Of a stretch of DNA of 57,795 nt, positions 10,201 to 20,200 are shown piece after piece. Source of the DNA: Guillardia theta CCMP2712 (taxonomy: Eukaryota; Protista; Cryptophyta). Within the stretch, counting starts at the first letter, position 1, and each line of letters begins with the position of its first letter. Below the pieces are notes generated by a model. It worked only from the letters and a program-made list of their open reading frames with translations. It was not told the origin of the DNA and ran no database searches. The translations under genes and the position numbers were made by a program. The stretch is from assembly GCF_000315625.1 (NCBI RefSeq), contig NW_005434468.1, positions 1 to 57,795 on the forward strand, in the 5' to 3' direction.

Positions 10201-10756
10201 CTCACCCTACCCGAGCACCTGTGAAACGATTGGATGTTATACCACCTCAAACACCCTTCACTCTCTCACCCTCATTTGATACTAGTGTCTCACTTATAAA
10301 ATCGAATCGTTCTCACCGGCATGATTCGAGTCCCCTGCCTCCCTCCTTCATTCGACTACCCCTACCCGCTATTTGCCTACAACCCGAAATCTCCACCTAC
10401 CCACACTCTGTCATTCAATATCAAGATTATGGGTGGGGCGGCTTCCACGCACTGCACAAAATGCCAGGCAAGGAGCAGCTGCGATGAGATGCTGTTACCT
10501 TCAGTTACATGCTTGATGATGGAGATGTTTCCTTTGCTCCCCCGCATCTGATCCTTCCATCATTCAACTCCTTTCTTGGCGGCTCCTTCACTTCCTCCCA
10601 ACACTTTTCTTGACCTCCTGGCTTGTGTTTCTCCAGATCCCGTTCCAACCTTATACCATCGACAGCACAAAATGCGTAATTTGAATATCTTCTAGTAGGC
10701 GTCATCTGACTGCGTGTGTTTTACGTTTTGCCGTGAATTGCCATGTTATTGTTCGG

Positions 10757-13700
10757 ATGGCGGTAAGCATCAGTCTGTGAAGCGTATGCTCGTTCAGGGG
10801 ACGATAAACTGACATTTTCTGTGTTTTTTTCGGTTTCTCATCGGATGGGTTGTTGGTTTGTCCGGTCAGATGGTAAGTGATGATAATGAAATATGCGGTC
10901 AGGGAACGATGGGACTGACATGTTTTGGGCAAATTCCTGGTTTTTCCTTGCTTGCATGGGTTAAATTCGTCTTCATAGGGAGTAAGTGTCATATCATATG
11001 ATGCGCTCAGGGGATGATTGTACTGACATTTATTTTGCAAATTCCTGGTTCTCCCTTGCTTACATGGATTGAATTCGTCTTCATAGAGCGTAAGTGTCAT
11101 ATCATATGATGCGGTCAGGGGATGATTTGCTGACATTTGATTTTGTATTTCTCTGTGTTTGGTGTGGGATGGATGGGTTGCTGGATCGGATAGCCGGTAA
11201 GTATCTTGATCACAACATGCGGTCAGGGGACGATTTGACTGACATGCAATTTGCAATTTGATCGGTTATTGCTTGGATGGATGAAACTTGGGCCTGATAG
11301 TATGTAAGTGACGCTTATGAAACATGCTCTCAGGGGATGATTGGACTGACATGTATTTTGCAAATTCCTGGTTTTTCCTTGCTTGCATGGATTAAATTCG
11401 TCTTCATAGGAAGTAAGTGTCATATCATATGATGCGGTCAGAGGATGATTGGACTGACATTTTCTTTTGTGTATATGTCGGTATTTGCTCGAATGTACTG
11501 TGGATGGCGCGGTATAGTCGGTAAGTGACGATGATGAAAGATGTGGTCAGGGGGCGATTGGACTGACATGTATTTTGCAAATTCCCGGGTTTTCCCTTGC
11601 TTGCATGGATTCAATTCGTCATCATAGGGAGTAAGTGTCATATCATATGATGCGGTCAGTGGACGATTCGAGCTGAAATATTACAGGCTACTTTCGATGC
11701 TGGAGCCGATGGGAAGTGTCAGACTTGCAAGAAGCTCGAGAAGGATCACTACACAGAATACAAGTTCTGCTACGTAAGCCTCTCAATGAGCCGCTCAGGG
11801 AATGTTTCGCTGACATTGGTTTTGCTTCTTGTCTGTGTTTGGTGTCGGATGGATGGGTTGCTGGATCGGATAGGGGGTAAGTATCTTGATCAAAATATGC
11901 GGTCAGGGGACGATAGGGACTGACATGTATTTTGCAAATTCCTGGTTTTTCCTTGCTTGCATGGATTAAATTCGTCATCATAGAAAGTAAGTGTCATATC
12001 ATATGATGCGGTCAGGGGACGATATGGCTGACATATAATCTTGGGTTTCTTTTGTTTTCGCTCGGATGGACTGGTGTGATGGAACTGGATAGTATGTAAG
12101 TAATATCTCGATTGAAACATGCGGTCGGTAGAGAGTGACATTCATTTTGCGTTTTTTGGTATGTCTTGATCAACGAATGGCAACATCTGGCATGGATCTG
12201 CTAGTGCTGCGTAAGAAATTGACATCATCACATATTTTCCTGCTGATCTGACCTTGTTTTGATTGCAATATGCAATGGGAAACTCACAGAATGTAAGTCA
12301 TCGATCATGTTTCAAAGCACATGGTCTGTAGAGGTTTTATTTGTATTGATTGGTTGACTCAGTGCGCCAAATCTAAAGGATGGTCCGGGTATGATGAGGT
12401 GTATGATTGGTTTGAGTGATGCGCTTGAGTCTCCTGTGACGTGTGCTGTTGGTAGCACGGGTGCAGACATTGCAAGAAACGGCTACAAGAGAAAGAAACG
12501 AAGAGTGGTGAACAGAATGCACAAGAACTGAAAATCAAGGAAGAGCAGCAGCGCAGAGAGAGGGAGGAGCAGCAGCGCAGAGAGAGGGAGGATCAGCAGC
12601 GCAGAGAGAGGGAGGAGCAGCAGCGCAGAGAGAGGGAGGAGCAGCAGCGCAGAGAGAGGGAGGAGCAGCAGCGCAGAGAGAGGGAGGAGCACGATGTTGC
12701 TTCCCAGGTCCGTTATGCCATGTCTTGTATCTCGATGATGTGTGAATCCCTTTTTTTTCTAAGTTGGGTCAAATCCCATCGTGGAACTTCGAGTCCTTCA
12801 CGGGCCTGCAGCAGATCGGCTCAGGCTCCTTCAAGCTCGTCTACAGGGCTCGGTGGCAGCAGCCGCATGGCAGCAGCGCTGACGTGGCAATCCAACGAAT
12901 CCGAGGCAGCGGACCCACTGGGAGGAGAGAAGAGTTCGAGCAGGAGGTGAAGATCTTCCACCAGCTGGGCCTTCACCCCAACCTCCTTCGCCTCCTCGCC
13001 ACCAGCATCGAGCCGAGCTCCGGCGACTACTGCCTGGTGACTGAGTTTGCTTCCAAAGGCTCTCTCGATGGGATCTTGTCCAACTTTGCCGAGGAGGAGA
13101 AGACGATGAGTCTGCTGGTGCAGCTGCAGGTGGCGAGGCAGATCTGCGACGGGATGGTGCAGCTGTCGCTGCATAAGGTTGTGCATCGGGACCTGGCGGC
13201 GAGGAACGTGCTTGTGTTCAGCCTGGACCCGGAGGATCACCTGGCTGTCAGCGTCAAGATCGCAGACTACGGGCTGTCCATCATGGCCTCGCGCGGGTAC
13301 GGGGAGAGTAGGGCCGGGAGCGTGAGCACGGCAGGCTCGACGGCTCGACCCGTGCGGTGGATGGCGCCGGAGAGCATGAGACGAAGAGAGTACTCGGAGA
13401 TGAGCGACGTGTGGGCGTTCGGGGTGACCATGTGGGAGGTCTGGACGTACGGAGAAGTGCCTTACTGGGCCATCACAGATGACGCTGAGGTGGGACCCAA
13501 GGTTGTAGATGGCGAGCGACTAGCGGCTCCTTCAGCATGTCCGCCTAAAGTTTATTTGATCATGCAAAAATGCTGGAAGGAGAAGAAGACCGAGCGACCA
13601 AGCTTCAGCCAGCTACAGAAGCTGCTTCAGGAGCAGTACGACGAAGCCGTCGAAGTTCGCGGCCAGCAATGCGTCGTCTGCATGGAGCGAAGAGCTGAAT

Positions 13701-13816
13701 GGGCGCTGATCCCCTGCGGTCACAAGTGTCTGTGTGAGGACTGCAAGGAGGGAGCGACGTCGAGGCCATGCCCGATGTGTCGCTCGAGCGCGACGAACAT
13801 CTACAAGATCTACTAG
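10757..13816 (+). CDS. Microexon-encoded N-terminus, Cys-rich region, coiled coil, tyrosine-kinase-like kinase and C-terminal RING finger (18 predicted exons, all introns phase 0)
   Basis: Exons: 10757-62, 10870-72, 10979-81, 11087-89, 11194-96, 11301-03, 11410-12, 11518-20, 11628-30, 11687-773, 11874-76, 11984-86, 12093-95, 12205-10, 12290-92, 12363-98, 12456-707, 12764-13816. They join as MAMGSPYESGATFDAGADGKCQTCKKLEKDHYTEYKFCYGKYCCNCAKSKGWSGYDEHGCRHCKKRLQEKE...(EEQQRRER)n...LGQIPSW... Kinase motifs: IGSGSF, HRDLAARN, DYG, PVRWMAPE, SDVWAFG. RING: CVVC...PCGHKCLC..C...CPMC. Confidence 0.8.
10763..12292 (+). other. Array of ~105-nt related introns separated by 3-nt microexons (appears as a ~108-bp tandem repeat)
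   Basis: Each unit reads AG|NNN|GTAAGT, then a GCGGTCAGGGG box, a CTGAC branch site and an AG-free tract to the next acceptor. Confidence 0.85.
12540..12690 (+). repeat. 24-bp coding tandem repeat (EEQQRRER)x~6
   Basis: gaggagcagcagcgcagagagagg repeats, in frame with the kinase. Confidence 0.9.
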
Positions 13817-14039
13817 TACGGAGATCAGCGAGCAGCAGCTACGAACTAGGTGAAATCTGATTGACTCTTTCTCTTTCAAGTTGTTGGCTCGTCTCAGCTC
13901 TTCATGAGATGCCATGAGTCACAGTCTGACTTGTTTACCTTAAGTAAACCTAGTCTACCTTGACCTAGTTTATCCCAGTCTTTCCTGTCACGTGCACTCC
14001 AGGTGTGCGCCGGCGGTATGAGCCTTGCTCCGGTCTACC

Positions 14040-14888
14040 ACACCCTTGTAGGTTCTGAATCAAAGCTGAACCTCTGCTACAACACTCAAATTGAACGATG
14101 CAGCAGAACTGCTGTGGAAAGGACAGACAGAATTCAGGATCGACGGAAAGATGATCCGCGCGGCTAACGCGCATTCGAAGCATCCTTGCTCCTTCAAGAT
14201 AAGGCCACAGAAGGATAAACACTCTGGCAAGGCGGGGGCCCTGGCTGAGTTCTCTCACCTCCTCAAGATGAATGGCATGAACTCAGCTGGGATTACGGAG
14301 ATCTATCGTCAACACCTGCTGCAACAAGGAATAGCTGTGTTGGAGGTGCAGCCGGAAGCGGGCATGCAGCTAGAGGTCAAGACGAAGAGGAGAAATCAAG
14401 GTCAGCCCAACAATTCTTGCCCGACGTGCCAGGAGCAGTGACATACGAAGTACTGGTCAAGAGTAAAGCACAGAAGGGAAGGTTCACCAGAGAGGAAGCT
14501 GAACAGATCTGCGACGGTGAGGATCTCTCCATGGGCATGACAATTCGAGGACTGAGACGGATCGTGGCGAGCTGGAAGGAGTCGGCGGCTGATCAAATCG
14601 ACAGGATCTCCTCGAAAGAAGACGCAGAGACCAACAGCTGGAACGGGGAACATCTAGTGCTCAGCTTCTCAGAGTCCTTTGCGCCATGGGACAGGGCAGG
14701 GAAACTCCTTCTCTTAGAGCCGGGCAGTGCTAACATCTGGGAAGCGATCGCTACAGAACCCCCCAACGGAGCTGGAGGAGACTGTCAACCAGGGACAGAG
14801 TGCAGAAAATCAAGCTTGCAAACTCAGGCTCGATGGAGCCATAGCTGGCCTGTACGACAGCTTGTCAACTCCTGGAAATGAATGTTTT
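14040..14888 (+). pseudogene. Degenerate, diverged relative of the 715-aa retroposon ORF (left part), split by the Gypsy insertion
   Basis: AAELLWKGQTEFRIDGK...SFKIR...GALAEFSHLL and KSKAQKGRFTREE align with AEKLWQGREDFAIDGRK...SFKIR...GSLAELTHLL and KSTAASGRFTRKE. Confidence 0.75.
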
Positions 14889-15116
14889 TGTTAGGAAAAC
14901 TTCCTACAAGTATCTCTCGATCCAGTGTTGACACACGAAGTGATCCCGTCAAGAAACCAAAGAGCAAGCGTGTGACAGCAATGCACAATTCAACGGCAAT
15001 TTACTCCAAATCAACGTTAGAGATAAAGAAAAGTAAGTAATCTAATTTCCTAAGAAACGATACTGCCTAGGACACCTACTTAAGAAAGACAGAAAGTCAG
15101 TAAACATATCCTATCA
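14889..15116 (-). repeat. Gypsy 3' LTR
   Basis: Matches 29629-29854 except for a 2-bp indel. Confidence 0.95.
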
Positions 15117-15184
15117 TTTCGCTCCCTAGCGCTGATAGATGAGAGCACACTTCTCAGCTCCAACTTCGCTGCAAACACCAAGAA

Positions 15185-15405
15185 TCATTGAGCATTCACA
15201 AGATTGAAATCACGAATCATTTTCCGTAACTCTGGAGTGCGAAATTCACGCGTAGACAACCAAGAATCATCCGACGACTTGTCATATCCTTTCCAACGAA
15301 CCAGGTACTGCACACGATTACCTTTCCCACGACGAGCCAAAATACGATCGACTTCGAAATACTGTCCATCGCGTTGAACCAAAGGCAACGGTGGTGGTTC
15401 AATTT
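15185..15405 (-). pseudogene. Gypsy integrase C-terminal chromodomain, separated from pol by the Copia insertion
   Basis: YFEVDRILARRGKGNRVQYLVRWKGYDKSSDDSW. Confidence 0.9.
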
Positions 15406-15825
15406 TGATGTTGCACCCGCATGACGTTACGTCAGTAACGGACATGGCAGCATCATGCGAGTAGTCGTAAGAGGCTACGTACGCTGGCGAGGTGTATAAT
15501 GCTAGAATCGAAGATGTGTACTGGACGTAGACGTACGTACAACACATTGGTATGATGAAAGCATGAGGCTGGTATAAACCGATACACATGTTTACTCATT
15601 GCTGTATTACGGGTTAAGCCTGACCTCGACATATAAGCAACCCATCTTAGACGTTGGCCACGTCATCGGAATGGGATTGCACGAACATTGACGTGTGTTC
15701 TCTTACTGCTGTACATAAACAAATCTAGCTTCATTGTTCATCTGTTCTACTCCTAAGTGCACTATCGCTCAGTTGCTGGACTATACCCGCATCAGGTTAT
15801 AAAAGCCTCGCGTTAAAAGGAACAG

Positions 15826-17253
15826 ATGTCCCCATACCGTCTACAATGGCCGCCAATCAATCAGCCTCAGGACTCGATGATTACAGCAGTAACACCCGAG
15901 AATATGCAAAGACTTGCCCCAGATATCGAGAACTTTATACAGTTCGAGTTGATAGGGCAATACTATGCATACCTCAACTCTGAAGGGAATCCAGAAAACA
16001 TGAGAGCCTACTTCGATTGTCATTTTCCCATCAGAGATACTCAGTCAGAAGAATTACAGGAAAACATGAGACAGAAAAGGAGAGAATTTGTACGAGAAGC
16101 AGATGCTGCTTTGACGCAAATCCTCCACACTGTCTACATGCAATGCCCTGGCAGGATTCAGATTCTGAAAGCCCACATGGAAGAAGAACACAAATCCCCT
16201 GAGACTCCTACAAAGCTTTGCTTAGCTGGGATCAAGGCATGGACAGACTTTAAAAGACTAGACAAGCCAACCGAAGCAACAAAAGCTGAACAGACACTTG
16301 CCAATCTCAAAGAACTAGAGCAAGCAGTAATCTACAACGGAGACTACCAGAGTTACATCCCCAATGTGGTTAGGACCTTGAAGAAATTTGCTTCACAAGG
16401 CAAAGACTGCACTTTTATCTACACCCGTGCTTTCAAAGACGTTATCGACAACCTCAGAGCAATCGACGAAATGGGCGTGCAAGCAGAACTGGGTAGTTGG
16501 ATAACATCTCAAATCCATCGCAACGCAACGGAAGAAAATTTCTTCTACGAAGGAGAGCCACAGATTGAAGATTTTTTGAAATTCCATCAACATATGATGA
16601 ACTTCACTACCAGAGGCACCAAACACCCAATACCTATCCTCCAAGCAGGACAAGATAGCTCTGGCAAGAAATCAACAGACGCACAGTCAGGTCAGAAACG
16701 AAAGGCAAATGCCGTGTTTTCAGCCTCCATGAAACAAAACAATGCACCACAGAAAGTCAGGAAACAACAACAAGCAAACTTTACTGGATGCAAAATCTGC
16801 AAAGAAAAACGACTTCCAGCAAGGATTTCTCTCAGTCATGCTACCAGCGAGCATGACGCATCTAGGATCGGAGAAAGAGCCACTGGCAATAAAACAGCGC
16901 CAACCATGAAGAGGATCACAGGAAGCATTTCAACCGGTTTTCAGACAAGGGCAGGAAGATCCGCAAAATTTACCGCCAAGAGTCATCGCTCGTCGAACCC
17001 AAACCGTTCAAACGAGGAGAGCGGACAATACCCGAAGTCAAAATACAAGCAAACAGTCAGCATCGACAAGAAAGTCCTCGTGAACCTCACAAAAGCCCTG
17101 CAAGAAGCCACCTCTACCGACCAAACTGAAACCCAAGAATCAGTTCAAGAATCACCTAGCAGTGATGAAGACGAATCCGATGAACCGTCCCCATCTCGAA
17201 CACCTCCGAAACGACTGAAAGAAGTGTACAAGAGACGTTCCGAGGCACACTAG
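15826..17253 (+). CDS. Copia Gag-like protein
   Basis: 475-aa ORF directly after the LTR/PBS, with a CKIC...H...H zinc-knuckle-like motif. Confidence 0.75.
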   Translation: MSPYRLQWPPINQPQDSMITAVTPENMQRLAPDIENFIQFELIGQYYAYLNSEGNPENMRAYFDCHFPIRDTQSEELQENMRQKRREFVREADAALTQILHTVYMQCPGRIQILKAHMEEEHKSPETPTKLCLAGIKAWTDFKRLDKPTEATKAEQTLANLKELEQAVIYNGDYQSYIPNVVRTLKKFASQGKDCTFIYTRAFKDVIDNLRAIDEMGVQAELGSWITSQIHRNATEENFFYEGEPQIEDFLKFHQHMMNFTTRGTKHPIPILQAGQDSSGKKSTDAQSGQKRKANAVFSASMKQNNAPQKVRKQQQANFTGCKICKEKRLPARISLSHATSEHDASRIGERATGNKTAPTMKRITGSISTGFQTRAGRSAKFTAKSHRSSNPNRSNEESGQYPKSKYKQTVSIDKKVLVNLTKALQEATSTDQTETQESVQESPSSDEDESDEPSPSRTPPKRLKEVYKRRSEAH

Positions 17254-20200
17254 GACGCAGTTCTAGAAAGAATAAATCTCCCAAGGAGTATCCCTGTTCT
17301 AAAAATTATGTTGTATATCAAAGTGATACCAGGTCGAAAACTGAAGAGATCCAACTGCACAAGCTTGATGCAGCTCTGTTCTCAAAAGTTTCAAAACCAT
17401 GGTACCTTGAATACATCTTTCATATACCCAGACTACTGATCAGGAACACTGATCGGTATCAAGTTTTCCTACACGCGTTAAAAGCGAAAGAACAACAAGA
17501 GTCCCTGTACGCTATTGTCGACTCAGGTGCAACTGTAAGCGTACTCTGCAATCCAAGTTGGTTACAGAGATCGTTTACACACAAAACTGAGATCACCGGC
17601 GTGGGGGGCAGCAAGATCAATACATCGCTCGGAGGAATTCTAGCAGGAACGATAGCATCAGTCGAAGGAAAACGTTTTGCATTTGCAACTATAGCAACAG
17701 TAATCAACGACGAAAATGCCAAAATCAACCTGTTATCCATCTGGCGAATTACAAATAGTGGTCATACAATAATCCATAAAGGTAAACCAGAAGGAGGACT
17801 ACACGGAATCATTACACTCAACAATGAATTTATACCTTTCTACTTCTGCCCAAGCACCTACCTATGGTACGTCGAAATCCAAAGACCCAACAGGAAGACC
17901 AATAAGATAATCTCCAAGCTATCAGCAAAAACCATCTGGGATAAAGACACAATTCTCAGAGAAATTCAAGAAGGCGAAATACCACTCACGGCAACAATCA
18001 AGGAGTCAACACAAACGACAAATACACAAAGTACATCAAAACGCAGAATCCACCTGATCATCCATGGCGCAAGATTGGAGAGCGTACCTCGTTGGGGGGG
18101 AAGCATCCACATCTACCAAGCTGCGATGCAGGGGGAGAGCACAACTTCGGCAACAGCTTTCAAGCCCACGCACATGAAGACCTTTCCTATCAGCATGCGA
18201 GATGTACGACCTGAATTAGACACGTCAGAAGAGTCAGACAGTGAAAATGGAGAGACCTTGGACAGTTGCAGCAGCTCCGATGACGAGCTGATGACTACTG
18301 ACAACACTCCATTAGAACCTGCAAGACAATTCACGACGGAAGAGATTCAACAGCAAACCAAGGAGTATCTCAACGACCCAAGATCATTTACAGATTTTGA
18401 CGACTTTACAAACACAACGATCGAAGAACTTGACGAAAACGACAAGGAATACGAAGAACAATTGAAGAATGACAAATCAGATCTCAAGAATATTTACCTA
18501 TATTCAACGGGAGAACGCATCAAAGGAACAAGAGCATCAGCGATTCTGCTCAAGTGGCACGTAAGAACCAACCACATCGGCAAGAAATACCTTTTCCAAC
18601 TGGCAGAAAACATCGAAGGCATGGAGGAATTGAAGAGAATCAATCCAAAGACACCCCTGCCGACATGTCACACATGCCGCAGAGCGAAAACCAAGGCAGC
18701 TCCATTACCAAAATTCAGACACAAAAGATCCGATGTCAGATTTCACAGGCTGCATGGGGATATGAGCTCCTATCGAGTCCGCTCGATCGAAGGAGCAAAG
18801 TACCTCCAACTCTGGAAAGACGACTTCTCAGGATTCAAGATGCCTGTAGGTTTAGCGAGCAAGAAAGGTTACAGGAAATCGTTACGACTTGTTGTCACGA
18901 GATTCAACAATGGGGTCTACCCCAAAGTGATTCGAGTTGACAATGGGAGCGAAATGGTTTCAAAGAAATCACTGAAGATGTACGAGAAGCACAACATCCA
19001 CCTAGAAAGAAGCGCACCATATGAACATTGGCAAAATGGAAGAGCTGAATCTGGAATCTACTCGTTAGATACAAGGACTAGATTGGCAATCGTACACTCA
19101 AACGTTCCGAAAAATCTCTGGCTCAGCGCTATATATACTCAAACATCAGTTGCTACCAAGCGTTTACAGGCACATCACCAAACGCAGAACACTTCCATCC
19201 ATTCGGTTGCCTCTGCTACGTTCATATCCTAAAGGACAGAAGATTAGATCAAAAGAAAGACAAAAAACTCGAGCCAACAGCAGAAGTTTGCGTGTTTCTT
19301 GGCTTCGCCCACCACCTAGGAATGAAAGGTTATTTGGCAGCAGCACTGAATGGGAAACAACTGTACGTCACACAGAACAATATAAGTTTCAACGAAGAAG
19401 TATTCCCCTACAGATTTTCTCACCCGGAGGACAGATCTTGGAAAATACCATACGGCGGAACTGATGATTTTGGCGACGACAACGTCATTGTGCTCAAAAG
19501 AGCCGGTGAACGATTGATCGAAATGTCAGATACATCAGACGCATCAGATTCAGAATCTGAAGATGCCGGTGGAAACTCCAGCGCCCAACCTGAAGAGAGA
19601 AATCGACGACCGTTTACAGATCAACAACATGGCATAGCACACAATGATCCCATGGTGATCCAAGTGAGGCAACAAGCTATTGAAGTTGACAACCATCTCA
19701 CGAGAACCTGTTCTGAAACATCAGTTGTAAGAGAGAGTGATATCACACAAGACGAACGACAACCATCTCACGAGAACCTGTTCTGAAACATCAGTTGTAA
19801 GAGAGAGTGATATCACACAAGACGAACAAGTAGCGGTGGTGAAAAGGATTTTGAGTGGGATAAACTCACCCAAATACCTGAACATCAACTGAGGTCAGGA
19901 CGAATTGTACAGAAGACGAATGTGGACACACCGACAAGTGATTCAGACCACGAAGACAATGCCATCAGGAAGCACACTAGAGTTCCTTACGAACGACAAG
20001 TGATTCAGACCACGAAGACAATGCCATCAGGAAGCACACTAGAGTTCCTTACGAACCTGGGCATCCCTTATCAAGATCGCACCTTAACGAAGCGACAATA
20101 CTGTGGAGTACTTGTCGACACATACAATAACCTGGAAGAGAAAATCATGACATGGTCACATGGGCCACCACAACGAAACATGTACAACGAAAATCATTAC

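Noticed and set aside
10790-12140. CRISPR-like array (palindromic repeat plus spacers)
   Set aside because: Spacers are related to one another, there are no cas genes, the context is eukaryotic, and splice signals explain the conservation.
10702-12141. Minus-strand 36-aa repeat protein ORFs
   Set aside because: Unit lengths of 107-113 bp break the frame repeatedly; these are antisense shadows of the intron array.
15185-15589. 134-aa standalone chromodomain gene
   Set aside because: A chimera of antisense Copia LTR sequence and the severed Gypsy chromodomain.
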